Below are positions 10,414-20,804 of a stretch of DNA of 64,000 nucleotides, in pieces; the stretch's first letter is position 1; the number at the start of each line of letters is the position of its first letter. Made by a program: the position numbers and the translations under genes. The notes beneath the pieces are model-generated. The model was not told the DNA's origin and did no database searches. It saw nothing but the letters and a program-made list of their open reading frames with translations. The DNA is from Pelagomonas calceolata (lineage: Eukaryota): assembly GCA_918797485.1 (NCBI GenBank), contig CAKKNE010000001.1, positions 6,014,001-6,078,000 on the forward strand, in the 5' to 3' direction.

Positions 10414-11466
10414 ATGATGCCAAGCCACCGTCTCGCCGCGGCAGCTATCCTCGCGACAGCTTCGGCACTCACAACAACGACACCCAAGCAGAGGCTCAGG
10501 AGCAGGCTCCAGCCGTCAAAAGATGAGCTGCTATGCGATCCCCAGAGCAAAGAGCCGCTGGCAGTGAAAGCCCAATACTTCAACGGTGTCACGAAGAAAA
10601 CGTACCAGTCGCCGACGGCGACGTACGGCACGCGCTTCGGCTTCGTCGACCTCGCGGAAGCCAAGAGACCGCGGACGGCGCGCGAGATCGCCGACGAATT
10701 GCGGGAACAGATCATCGGCCGAACAGCCGCCCAGCGCGTGCAGGAGGACACGTTCCGCAACCCCTTCGTGTCGTTCCTGTACGAGCGCGGGTGGCGCGAC
10801 AGCTTCAAGCGGAGCGGCTTCCCGGGCGCGGACGAGGAATTTGCGGAGGTCGAGGAGCTGTTCGGCGACGCGCTGAGCGGCCCGGGCGCGGACGTCGTGC
10901 TGGACATGTCCTGCGGCACGGGCCTCTTCACGCGCCGCCTAGCCAAGGCCAAGCACCCCGACACGCGCGTCATCGCCGCGGACTACTCCGAGAGCATGCT
11001 GGTGGAAACCAAAAGACGGCTGGATGAGGCCGACCTGAGCGTGGAGCTGTTCCGGGTCGACGTGGCGCAGCTCCCCTTCAACACCCAATCATTAAGTGCC
11101 GTGCACGCCGGCGCGGCGCTGCACTGCTGGGTCCAGCTCGAGGCGGGCCTCGAGGAGATCCGCCGCGTGCTCAAGCCGGGCGCGCCGTTCTTCGCGACGA
11201 CGTTCCTCGTCGGCGCCATGGGGACTGATTCATTACCGAAGGCCGTGCGCGACCGCGGCTACCGCTTCTTCACCGTCGACGAACTCGAAAAGTTATTTGT
11301 GGAGGCGGGCTTCGTCGACGTCGTCGTGCGGAAGGAGGCGCCGGCCTGCGCCGTGATCACATGCGCCGCGCCGTCATCTGCGCCGTCGCCACGATCGGTG
11401 GAGGAATGGCGGGCGGCGTGCGATGAGGAGGTCGTGTCGTTCTACGACTTCGGGGTGCGGATGTAA
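10414..11466 (+). CDS. Plastid SAM methyltransferase type 11
   Basis: FRNPFVSFLYERGWRDSF, VLDMSCGTG, AADYSESM, AGAALHCW, RVLKPG. Confidence 0.85.
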   Translation: MMPSHRLAAAAILATASALTTTTPKQRLRSRLQPSKDELLCDPQSKEPLAVKAQYFNGVTKKTYQSPTATYGTRFGFVDLAEAKRPRTAREIADELREQIIGRTAAQRVQEDTFRNPFVSFLYERGWRDSFKRSGFPGADEEFAEVEELFGDALSGPGADVVLDMSCGTGLFTRRLAKAKHPDTRVIAADYSESMLVETKRRLDEADLSVELFRVDVAQLPFNTQSLSAVHAGAALHCWVQLEAGLEEIRRVLKPGAPFFATTFLVGAMGTDSLPKAVRDRGYRFFTVDELEKLFVEAGFVDVVVRKEAPACAVITCAAPSSAPSPRSVEEWRAACDEEVVSFYDFGVRM

Positions 11467-11508
11467 GGATGCGTGTTGTATGAAATATTGCGTGGGCCTT
11501 CGTGAGCC

Positions 11509-11563
11509 TCCACGCCATCGAGGCGACGCGGCCACGGAGACAACGTCGCGTCGATGGCTTGGA
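11509..11563. repeat. Orphan hairpin built from the Introner internal motif, between convergent genes
   Basis: tccacgccatcgaggcgacg (11509-11528) and cgtcgcgtcgatggcttgga (11544-11563) are an 18/20 inverted repeat. Confidence 0.75.
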
Positions 11564-11579
11564 ATGATACTACATATAC

Positions 11580-12452
11580 TTATCGCGCATTCTCTGCCTC
11601 GATCATCTCGGCGATCGCGCCAAAAAAACCGAAGCCGCCGTCGTCCGCGTCGGGCGTCGCGTCCTTGACGCCCGCCGAAACGACGTCATGGACAAGGTCG
11701 AGGAGCGCCGGCGCTTCGCCCAGCGGCGGCGTCAGCGAGTACGGAATATTGTGCCGACTCGCCGCCTCGTCCAGCAGCGCCGGCACGTCCTCCCGGACGT
11801 GCCGCCCCTGCGACAAAAAGAAGGGGTGGCACACGATCGTGGAGCAGCCCGCCTCCACCAACGCGTCGAAGGCCTCGCCTATCGACGGCGACGCGAGCTC
11901 CATGTGCGCCGGCCGCACGATCCAGTGCTTCGGCGCCCGCGTCGTCGCGTAGCCCTCGCAGAGCCTCTCCAGCCGCTCGTTCGCCGCCGCGACCTTGGAG
12001 CCGTGGTCCACGATGATTATTCCCACGGAAGCGGGCGCCGCCTCGTACGCGTGCGGCGACACGCGCGGGTCGAAGTCCAGGCCGTCCATTGGTTGATCGG
12101 CCGCGGCCTCGAAGGCCGAGCCGTCGAGCGCCACGCCCTCCGATCCGATCAGCGCCGCGAGCGGGTCGAACGGGACCTCGTCAGTTGTGGCGGCGGCCGG
12201 GTCGCTTGGTGTCTCGTCCTCCGCCGGCGGCGGCGTCCGCGGCGCCTTCAGCGCTTCGGCCACCTGGGCCTTCTCGGTCATGCCCGACACGTCGATGCCG
12301 CGCGCGGCCGCGAGCGTCTTGAGGTCGTTGAGGCTGAATGCAGCGAGATCGTCGTTGGTGCCGCGGCGCAGCGACGGCGTGCGCGGTCGCAGTTTCGGGT
12401 GAAACGCGAGCGCTGCGGCTAGGAGTGCTGGGAACAGCGTGCGGAAGGGCAT
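11580..12452 (-). CDS. Sirohydrochlorin ferrochelatase (SirB/CbiX family), plastid-targeted
   Basis: IIVDHGS, AHMELASPSI, HPFFLSQGRHVREDVP. Signal peptide ends ALA-FHP. Confidence 0.9.
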   Translation of the reverse strand: MPFRTLFPALLAAALAFHPKLRPRTPSLRRGTNDDLAAFSLNDLKTLAAARGIDVSGMTEKAQVAEALKAPRTPPPAEDETPSDPAAATTDEVPFDPLAALIGSEGVALDGSAFEAAADQPMDGLDFDPRVSPHAYEAAPASVGIIIVDHGSKVAAANERLERLCEGYATTRAPKHWIVRPAHMELASPSIGEAFDALVEAGCSTIVCHPFFLSQGRHVREDVPALLDEAASRHNIPYSLTPPLGEAPALLDLVHDVVSAGVKDATPDADDGGFGFFGAIAEMIEAENAR

Positions 12453-12603
12453 GGCTGCTCAGAGGTGGCACTGTGTTTCACTCCTTCCGGAGAGTTATGG
12501 GTGCTTCTTCGCAAAGATCTGTTCAAGTAGACCGAGTAGCGCTGCTTGAACGTTGCGAGCTCGCCCTGTTGTCGGCCGTGCGCGTGCGCTGAAGTCTGGA
12601 TTA

Positions 12604-12626
12604 GCTAGCGGTATGTAAGACACTAG
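12604..12626 (+). promoter_or_regulatory. Dispersed upstream CTAG motif (copy 2)
   Basis: gctagcggtatgtaagacactag, between divergent genes. Confidence 0.55.
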
Positions 12627-12872
12627 AAAGCGCGGCGCAGGCTCTGCAGCCTAAACAGGGCCGCGGCAGGCAACCGAGCGCCGGAGAAATCACGAAAAGC
12701 AAGCGACAGCATCGCTGCGTCGTTGTGCTGAGGCACCGCGCCAGCCGAGCAGCAGAGAGCACGATCTCCAGCACCATCTCTGCAGCAGCCCGGTCAGGCC
12801 GCAGCAGCAGTCGTCGTGAATACTCAAGCGTGGTCGCATCGATCGTCAGCGCACCACAGAAACCGTAAGGCA

Positions 12873-13880
12873 ATGCCCATCTTCGCCAAGATCCAGGGCA
12901 AGACCCTCTACGCCGACAACGACGACGACGAAGAGTTGCCGGCTGTGTGGAAATCAAAATTTTACGGCGCGTTCGTGCTGAATCATCGCGTCGTCCTCCA
13001 CGCCATCGACGCGACGCCTGCTCGATGGCGTGGTGATGCCGGTTCCTCACCGCTCGACCGAGCCAGGACGGCCGCGTCATCGCCGAGAAATGAACGCACC
13101 CGACGCACTGGTTGATTTCCACACAGGTTGCCAGACATAAACTTGGATATCACGCACACGAAGGTGTTCCTGGGGCGGGCGGACGCGTACCCCGCCGACG
13201 AGTCCCTCGGCCCCCACATGGGCACGTGCCACAGCAAATCTGTCAGCAGACGGCACCTGACGATCAGCTGGGATCCAGATAGGGACCAATGGCAGCTTTA
13301 TGTCGACTCGAAGAATGGTGTGGTGGTGGACACCAAGTTCTGGGAAAAGGGGAAGACGGTCGACCTTTTTCACAAGTCGGCGATCAAGTTCGGCCCCTGC
13401 GCGTGCTACTTCGTCCTGCCCGGCGGCGAGGGCGAGCCCGTCATTGCCGCTTCTACCGTGGCGGCGCCCCCGCCGCCGCCGCCACCGCCGCCCGTCGCCG
13501 TGCCGCCGCCGCTGTTCGTCCCGCCGCCGCCCGAGCCGACGTCCGTCGTCGTGCAGTCGGGCGGCGAGACAAAGCCCGCCGGCCCGACCTACGCGGAGCT
13601 CGTGGCCCTGGCCTTCGCGGCGCCGGAGCTCGGCCGGCCGGAGGGCGTCGAGACGAAGGAGATCCGGGAATGGATCCTGGGCTCAGTACCCGAATGGGGG
13701 AACGCGACGGCGGCGCAGAAGAAGCTCCTCGCCGGCGGCATCCAGGGCGTATTGAGTAGAGGCGCGGAGTACGTCAAGGCCGAGAGCGCGGGCCGGAAAA
13801 ACCGGTGGCTGCGGCAGAACGTCGTCCCGCCGCCTCCTCCGCCGCCGCCGCCGCCGCCTGATAGTCAGACGCAAGGGTAA
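12873..13880 (+). CDS. FHA-domain protein with C-terminal forkhead/winged-helix-like region; exons 12873-12934, 13127-13880
   Basis: FLGR...VSRRHLTI...SKNGVVVD (FHA) and PTYAELVALAF...KEIREWI. Splicing gives DDDEE-LPDINL in frame. Confidence 0.8.
12935..13126 (+). mobile_element. Near-intact Introner element (12943-13126) plus TSD = 192-nt GT-AG intron
   Basis: Perfect 15-bp TIRs. TSD gttgccgg (12935-42) / gttgccag (13127-34). Frame restored. Confidence 0.92.
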
Positions 13881-13903
13881 ATTATTGTGAAGTTCATCAC
13901 GCA

Positions 13904-13925
13904 GCTAGCGTTGTGAGGCACTAGC
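13904..13925 (+). promoter_or_regulatory. Dispersed upstream CTAG motif (copy 3, diverged)
   Basis: gctagcgttgtgaggcactagc, 65 bp before the ATG at 13990. Confidence 0.5.
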
Positions 13926-13989
13926 AAGAGTCTGAGATTTTCGGGGTTTTGAGCGGGGTTAATCGCTGCCATAGTTGCAACAATCGGCA

Positions 13990-15293
13990 ATGGGGCGCCT
14001 CACCATTGTCGTCGCGCTCGTCGCGGTGCTAGTCGGCTACTTGATTGGCACCTCGCCCGCTGGTGTCACACCTCCCACGACGCCGCCGGGCAGTCCCACG
14101 GCACTGCTCCCGCCGTGGCCCATATTCCGCGTCGCCATCGCGCTGAACGAGTTCTTCGAGGCGGCAGCCGTGGCCACGCGCCCGCCGCCGGTCCAGGTGA
14201 AGACCCTCGCGACCGCGTACTGGCAGTCAGAGATTTCGTACTCGCTCACCAAGAGTGGTGCCATCGACGAGGTCGGTGCGGAGGGCGGCGTCGCCTGCGA
14301 GGACGTGGCTGCGAAGCTCAAGCTCGTCCCGGACTTTCTCTGCCGGATGATGCGCGCGGGCACGTTGTCTGTGTCTTCTCGGTCCTGTCCACGCCGTTGA
14401 CGCGCGGCCGACAATCACTCGTCGGGGTCCACACAGGCGAGGGCATCAAGCTCCTGAGCACGGACGCGCAGGGCAAGTACTCGCTCACGCCCGCGGGCGA
14501 CATGCTGCGCTCGGAGCATCCCGGGAGCCTCCGCTCATTTATGTTGATGATCAACGAGGAGACCACGAAGGCGTGGAGGGCGGCCGGCACGAAGAGCCTC
14601 TCGTCGGGCCAATCAGGCTTCAAGGAGGCCTTCGGCAAGGAGTGGTGGGCGTGGCACAACGAGCCGAGCCGCGCGACGCAGATGCGCCAATTCGACGCCG
14701 CCATGCGCAGCCTGAACGCCGACGTCTCCGGAGCGCTCCTCGTCGACTGGGCGCCACCCAAGGAGGACGCCCTTGTCTGCGACATCGGCGGCGGCGCCGG
14801 CCACATGACGGCCGCGATGGTGAAGCACTACCCGAAGCTCAAAGGGATCGTCTTCGACCAGCCTAAGGTCGTCGCGAGCAGCACAAAGGAGGTGCTCGCG
14901 GAACTAGGGGTCTCCGACCGCGTGTCGACGGTCGGCGGCAGCTTCCTCGAGCCGCTGCCCGCCGCGCTGTCCAGCTGCGACGCCTTCTACCTCAAGTTCA
15001 TCCTCCACGACTGGGCCGACGAGGAGTGCGTCTCGATCCTCTCGGCGATCAAGGCGGTGGCCAAGGAGGGCTCTCGGATCGTCACGACCGACTTCATCCT
15101 CGGCGTCGACGGCGCCAACATGGAGATGTCGAAGCGCATGATGGACATCAACATGATGGCCGCCAACCCGCCGGGAGCGGGCGAGCGCACCTGGGAGGAG
15201 TACGCAGCGCTCTTCGCCCGGGCGGGCTTCGCGAAGCCCTCTCAGCTCGTCAAGATGCGCGACCTCGTCTCGACGGTCGTCACAGAGGTCTGA
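13990..15293 (+). CDS. O-methyltransferase (Methyltransf_2) with N-terminal signal/anchor; exons 13990-14359, 14437-15293
   Basis: CDIGGGAGH, VFDQP, GGSF, YLKFILHDWADEE, GERTWEEY. The dimerisation region is completed only after removing 14360-14436. Confidence 0.88.
14360..14436 (+). mobile_element. Decayed Introner-derived intron (77 nt, GC-AG)
   Basis: ctgtgt at 14369, internal tccacgccgttgacgcg, ends tccacacag. The donor could alternatively be the GC at 14354 (same phase). Confidence 0.7.
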
Positions 15294-15374
15294 TGGGGCT
15301 GGGCCCGCCTTCGTGCGGCCGCATACCCTCGCTAGTCGATACCCCCACCCCGTCTTCAATTAATATATACGATT

Positions 15375-17759
15375 TTAACTCAGCATGCCCTGTACGTGCG
15401 CGTACGCGTCGGCCTCGTCGTCGGCCACGGGCGGCGCGCCGTTCATCGACCCCGGCTCGGCGTCCGGGTAGTGGGGCTTGGCCTCGCGGCCCCAGGCCTC
15501 CTTGTGGCCGTCCTGGGCGTTGCTGCCCCAGGGCGCCGTCGCGCCCGTGGGCTTCGCCGGGCGGCCCCAGTTCTGCTTGTGGCCGTCCTGCGCGTTCACG
15601 CCCCACGGCGCCGAGGGGCCGCTCTGGTCATCATACAAATAGCCGTCGAGCGGCGCTTCATTTCTGGAATGAGGATCCAGGAGCGCGGCGAAGTCCTCCT
15701 CGCAGTGGTCGAAGCGCAGGTGCTGGAACACCAAGTTGTCCAGGCCCATGTTCGCCGGGTGCGCCGCATCAATAACCGCTTCATTGGTGGGCGTGTCCCC
15801 GGCCGCCGGCGTGCGCATCTTGTCCTTGAAGAAGGTACTGTAGCGGTAGTGGCCCGCGCAGCACTCTTCGGACGGCTGGTCCTTCGAGGAAGACACCAAG
15901 CACTCGCCCGTCGCCGGCAGGCACGAGCCCTCGCCGTGGTCGGCGCGCGCCCAGTCATCCACATAAGTCGCCGGCTCCTGGAGCGCCATGATGCGCTTCA
16001 TCTGGTAGTATCTAGCTAAAGAGGGGTGCACGATGAAGAACGACGGGTCCGTCGTGCCCGAGGCCTCGAGGTGCTCGCCCTTGATGAACGTCGTCGAGCA
16101 GATGGCCCGCCCCACGCGTTTGAGGGAAGCCGAGGACGCTTGGTCCGCATAGGTTACGGAAGAGTCGCCGCCCTGGACGTTCCAGCACGCGTAGTGGTCC
16201 ACGGCCCACGCTCCGATCTTTTCGAGTTGCTCGTCGTCGTCCGGCAGGTCCTTGCACGTGAGCTGGCAGTTCAGGACACCGTCGGAATGGGGATCGTCAC
16301 ACTGGTCCGGGAAGTCGCTCAGGTACATGCGCCACATGTGCCTTTCACTGACCGTCTGGTAGCAGGAAGTATATCCTTCCACATTAACCGACTCAAAGGC
16401 GTCCAACAAGTTTTGCGTGCTATCGACGTCGAAGATCGTCCCCCCTAAACACTGGTGGATGTTCGCGTGGACCGTCATATCTTCCAGATGCGTCATGAAG
16501 GCCACGGCCGTCGTCGCCGGCTGGATGAAGTCATATAAGTCCGAGCACGTCGGCCAGGACTTCGCCGGCGACAGGCCCGCATCCACAGCATCCTTGACGT
16601 ACGCGAAGTTGACCCTTGTAACATACGGCGACGGGTTGTTGTTCCACGGGGATCGCAGGAAGCCGTAACTGTTGCGGGGGTACATGTCCCGGTCCGGATC
16701 CGTGTCCTTGAATTTCCGGACCTTGGCGAAGGCCCAGCGGCCGTCCTGGATCGCCCAGTTCTCGAAGCCCTTGTCGAAGAATTCTGTTGTAGACAACCCG
16801 TAGTGCGGGCCGACGACGACCGGATCCTCAGCATAATTCAAACTCCCGAACCACTCGGCCGTCCAGAGCGGCGACTCGAAGGGCGACTCGAGCTCGCCGC
16901 CGTCGACCATGGCCATCTCGATCGTCCAGTCCCAGTAGGGCGTCGACACGCGCGGGTCGATCGACTGCACGCTCTCGAGGACCATCGTGTCCAGGCGCAA
17001 ATGCTGGGCCAGGAACCCGGCGCCGTTGTGAAAGTGGTCGTTGTCCCTCAGAGCGCTGTTCGTGCCGTGCAACGCCAGTAATTCGTTGGAAGATATATAT
17101 TTCGACGAGTACTTCCGCCTCCCGTCCACGCCTTCGATCTCCCACATCTTCACCAAGGCATCCAAATATCTGTTCCTATCTTCTTGCGTCAGGTCGCGGA
17201 TTTCTCTCCTGACATATCTTACGAGGAGCTTGCCCTCGGAGTAGCCCTCGACGTAGCCCTGGGCGTCCATGGCCGTGCCTTTCACTACAAAGTCGCCGAC
17301 TTCTTGAATTTCATGCGATACACCATTACCATACTTGGTAATGGTAGAACCGTCGGCGGCGGTCAGAGTCCAGACGACCGTGCCCGACGTGTGGCCATCT
17401 AAATATAATTGGAAGGGCCGCCAGGCGTCGATGATTTGCGTGTCTTGAGAGGTCCACGCGTAGTCCGCCCCAATCACGCCTAAAGTCTCCACATAGTCGT
17501 TCGTCGCGCGCCACTGGAGCGTCTCCCTGTTAATCTGCGCGGCGTAGTTCGTCGCCGGTTTTGTGGACGGGGCGAGGCGCACGGCCGCGAAGCCCAGCAA
17601 GCTCGCGACGGCGACGCCGATGGCCACGCGGTCGCAGGTCCTCGGCTTCCGTCGCTTGGGCCGGGCCGCCTCGCCGCCGTAGATGACGCCGGTCTCCTCT
17701 ACTAATAAAGTTGTCTCGTCGTCGCTGTCGCTTGTGTTGTCCGCCGCGAAGGGGTTCAT
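15375..17759 (-). CDS. Tyrosinase (type-3 copper) domain protein with N-terminal membrane anchor
   Basis: YVRREIRDLT, HFHNGAGFLAQH, PYWDWT, HANIHQCLGG, DPSFFIVHP. C-terminal duplicated PWGxNAQDGHKxxWGRxAKP. Confidence 0.85.
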   Translation of the reverse strand: MNPFAADNTSDSDDETTLLVEETGVIYGGEAARPKRRKPRTCDRVAIGVAVASLLGFAAVRLAPSTKPATNYAAQINRETLQWRATNDYVETLGVIGADYAWTSQDTQIIDAWRPFQLYLDGHTSGTVVWTLTAADGSTITKYGNGVSHEIQEVGDFVVKGTAMDAQGYVEGYSEGKLLVRYVRREIRDLTQEDRNRYLDALVKMWEIEGVDGRRKYSSKYISSNELLALHGTNSALRDNDHFHNGAGFLAQHLRLDTMVLESVQSIDPRVSTPYWDWTIEMAMVDGGELESPFESPLWTAEWFGSLNYAEDPVVVGPHYGLSTTEFFDKGFENWAIQDGRWAFAKVRKFKDTDPDRDMYPRNSYGFLRSPWNNNPSPYVTRVNFAYVKDAVDAGLSPAKSWPTCSDLYDFIQPATTAVAFMTHLEDMTVHANIHQCLGGTIFDVDSTQNLLDAFESVNVEGYTSCYQTVSERHMWRMYLSDFPDQCDDPHSDGVLNCQLTCKDLPDDDEQLEKIGAWAVDHYACWNVQGGDSSVTYADQASSASLKRVGRAICSTTFIKGEHLEASGTTDPSFFIVHPSLARYYQMKRIMALQEPATYVDDWARADHGEGSCLPATGECLVSSSKDQPSEECCAGHYRYSTFFKDKMRTPAAGDTPTNEAVIDAAHPANMGLDNLVFQHLRFDHCEEDFAALLDPHSRNEAPLDGYLYDDQSGPSAPWGVNAQDGHKQNWGRPAKPTGATAPWGSNAQDGHKEAWGREAKPHYPDAEPGSMNGAPPVADDEADAYAHVQGMLS

Positions 17760-18334
17760 GGCTGCTTGCGTGCGCGCGCGCGCGCGGTCGCTCTTCGTCG
17801 CCCGAGGCTGCCCCTGGCACCGCGTGAGGGTGGATAGAGGCTGCGCTTGGCTCTTCCTTGCCTTTGCGCTGCGATGGGCAGCACAATATCGAGCCTGGCC
17901 GAGCCGAGGTCTCGCCTCGAAGCGCCAGTGTTTACCTTTTTCTTACTAGCCTACGCCGGCGCTTCGGCGGCGTGAAGGGCTCATTATCCGGGGGTCGAGC
18001 GGTGGCAGGGCTGCCGATGCGCCAGTGGCTGGGGTTTTGCGAGCCCCAACATCTCGCCCTCCTCCCAGTCCTCCTCCGAAATATACAGCGCAGATGTCCC
18101 GACGGCGGCTTGAACACCTCCTTCGTACGCTTCTACCCTTCGCCGCGCCGGACAGAAAACCCGCGAGTTAGATATCAGATCGGCCAAAAGAGCCACCAAA
18201 GTCTCACAGTGCGCGCGCTGAGTACCCAAGAGTCGGTTGCGAGTTGCTGAGGAGCCGTTTTAACGAGTGCACACCGATCACGGCTTCAGAAAGGGTTTAG
18301 GCGGCACACAGCGCAGGTGCTCTCCGGTGGCAAA

Positions 18335-18589
18335 ATGCCGAAGAGCCTCCTCGACATCCTCGTGCCCCCGTCGGCGTGCGTGCGCGGCGGCAAGCTAACA
18401 ATTCCAGCGTTTGAGCACCTCATGGGTGGAATAATGTGCGGCCTCGCCGCCTACCTGACGCACACCGTCTCCCCAAAATTTGTCTACATGTCCTTCTTCG
18501 TCTCGTTCATGCTGGTGCAGTGCGCCGTCACTGGTTTCTCGCCGCCGCGCTTGATGGGCACCTACGTGCTCGGACTGAAGCGGGACTAA
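18335..18589 (+). CDS. Small membrane protein, DUF2892/YgaP-like
   Basis: Two hydrophobic helices and VQCAVTGFSP. The 5' end may extend through an acceptor-like gcgcag at 18311-18316. Confidence 0.6.
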   Translation: MPKSLLDILVPPSACVRGGKLTIPAFEHLMGGIMCGLAAYLTHTVSPKFVYMSFFVSFMLVQCAVTGFSPPRLMGTYVLGLKRD

Positions 18590-19282
18590 ATGGCGTTCGA
18601 CGAGTCGCGGCTGCGGGCGCTCGTGCGGGGCGACAGCTGCGTCCTCCGGCCGCAGACGTATTTTGTCGCGTGGAACGGCGTGCTGACGCTTGTCTACGAG
18701 GGCTTTCCGCCCGTGTTGGCCGGCATCAAAGCCAGGCTCAACGAGGAAGACGCTCTGCCCCCGGAGAACTTCGGCTCGCGGTGGCCGAAGACGACGCTGG
18801 CGGCGCTGCAGGACGACGCCCCTCCGCTCTCGTTGGCGGAATTGACGCGCCTGCGGGCGCTGTGCGAGGAGCACGCCTCGAAGCTGAGCCTGCGCGTGCC
18901 TGTCGAGCGCCTGAGCTTCGTGTCGTACGACCAGCGCGGGCTCGAATCGGTCCGCGAGCGCAGCGATGTGGCCCTCGGGTCGGCCGTCGATGACGGCGAG
19001 CCGTCGGATGCGGAGCAAGCACGCGTCCGCGGCGTGCTGGACGAGTGGTCGGATTTGGAGACTTATCTCCCGCGCGTCAACGCGCCGGGCTCCCGCATCG
19101 GCTCGTACCGCGAGTCTTCACCCGCCGGACAGACGCTCGTGGCGTTTATCGGAGGCTCAGAGCTTCGGGAGCTCGTTGCGCAATTCCGCTCGGCGGTCGA
19201 CGCGCTGCTGCCCGGCCGCTACGCGTGGCTCGACGACGCGTCGCTGCACTGCACCGTCCGAGCGCTCGGCGTATCTACGTAA
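18590..19282 (+). CDS. 2H-phosphoesterase-like hypothetical protein
   Basis: Paired motifs WPKTTL and LHCTV. The ATG directly follows the upstream TAA. Confidence 0.6.
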   Translation: MAFDESRLRALVRGDSCVLRPQTYFVAWNGVLTLVYEGFPPVLAGIKARLNEEDALPPENFGSRWPKTTLAALQDDAPPLSLAELTRLRALCEEHASKLSLRVPVERLSFVSYDQRGLESVRERSDVALGSAVDDGEPSDAEQARVRGVLDEWSDLETYLPRVNAPGSRIGSYRESSPAGQTLVAFIGGSELRELVAQFRSAVDALLPGRYAWLDDASLHCTVRALGVST

Positions 19283-19310
19283 CCACGAAATCAATTTACA
19301 CAAAGCGGAG

Positions 19311-20404
19311 CTAGTCGCTCGGCATGCTGTCCTCCGGGTCCCCTTCCATGTCGGGAGAGACCATATACCTGTCCTCGTCTACCACCTCCGGAGACGGCGG
19401 GGCCGGCGCCGCCACACGCGTAAACACGCGGAGCTCGCCCCGCAGCGGGTTGCCGCCGCGCGAGATTCTGAGAGTCTCGTCGCAATAGGTAGTATCGAAC
19501 GCCGAGCCGTCCAGGCCCGTCGCCGCGAAGGCGGCGTTGGCTGCTCTCGCAATCTCAGGGACGTCGTAGCCCGTCTCTTCTGGTCTGTGTGCAAATCGCA
19601 AATCAACCAGTGTTGCTGACTGAATCGAGCGGTGAGAGATGCACACCGCCACGCCATCGAGCAGACGTCGCCTCCGTGAAAGTTGATTTATACACTGCTT
19701 GTGGCAAGAGCTCCGCGAATTCCGGCGCTTTGTCTCGGTCGAGGCCGGTGAGCGTCCTGTCTAGACCTGGAAATCGACCAGTGAGTTAGGTTGTGGGGCA
19801 CCCGAAATTTGATTCCACGCAGGTCTAAACGTTCGAACACAATATTCACCCGGTTCGTGCCGGCGGCTTTCCTTGTGCCGGGCGTCGAGCCGTCGCCGTC
19901 CACCGAGAAGCTGTGGTCCAGGCTCAGCGCGACCGACGCCTTCGACAGGGCCGCCAGGGGCGCTCCGATGAGCGGCAGGCCGTCGAGGCCGTCGAGCACG
20001 GCCGAGGGCCACGGCGCCACGGTCACGCAGTTCTTGACGCGGCGGCCCATCACATCAATTTTCTGGACGACGTCGCGGCCCGCCAAACCGGACGTGTCGA
20101 ACGGCACCCAGTCCGGCGGCGGCGGCGGCGCGTTGTTCGTGAATCTCAAATCCCAGTCCCCGTCGATGACCATGAGGTCCCGCGGGAACGACGGCTTCTC
20201 GTCGTCGGTCGCGGCCTTCTCGAGCGCGGCGACCGCCTCCTCGATGCGCTTCGCGCCGTCCGGCGGCGCGCTGAAGCGGTCGCTCGGCACGACGTCCGCG
20301 AGGACTTGTAGGAGGTTGGTCCGGGCCGACGCGCTGGGACGCGCCGTCATCGCGGAGAGCGCCGTGGCGGCGCCACTGCTCAGCAGCGCAATGAGGATGC
20401 GCAT
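19311..20404 (-). CDS. Plastid lipid-associated protein/fibrillin; exons 20404-19831, 19766-19706, 19584-19311
   Basis: IDGDWDLRFTN and FDTTYCDETLRISRG...GELRVFTR fall in one frame after removing two element introns. Confidence 0.85.
19585..19705 (-). mobile_element. Introner-derived intron (121 nt, GC-AG)
   Basis: ctgtgtgcaaatc...gatttatacactg. TSD cttctggt / cttgtggc (6/8). Frame restored. Confidence 0.85.
19767..19830 (-). mobile_element. Introner-derived intron (64 nt, GT-AG)
   Basis: ctggaaatcgaccagtg...gattccacgcag. TSD gtctagac / gtctaaac (7/8). Frame restored. Confidence 0.87.
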
Positions 20405-20804
20405 GCTTGCGATTTGTGAGCTGTGTGCGATGTGCTGTAATTACACAACCTGAGAGCCAAGTTCACAGTTCGCTTTGAGGCGTTCGCTTGAAGAGCCTCT
20501 TGAAGACCACGCTGAAGCGTACGATCGTCGTGCTGCTCGCTTAGTGATGCGCCTCGACCTTTGCGCTCGTGTGGGCATTAATAGCGTCACAGAGTCACTA
20601 GCATTCGACTTTGGCGCACGAGTCCTAGCCACGTAACACATACGCTCTCCGGTGCAGGATGAGTGGTGCGAAGGCTACGGCGGCAACTCGCATCCTCACG
20701 AGGACAATCGTTGAGCGCAGCGCATTTGGAGGCTCCTAGACGACAAAACGGAACAGCGGGCAGCCACGACAACACGCCTACCAACAATGCACACCTAGGG
20801 CACC

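Noticed and set aside
12601..13237. Recurrent ORF peptides MISTQ, VWKSTSASG, CGNQPV, VEINQCVG, HAIDATPARWRG as a protein family
   Set aside because: They are translations of the repeated element in different frames, not genes.
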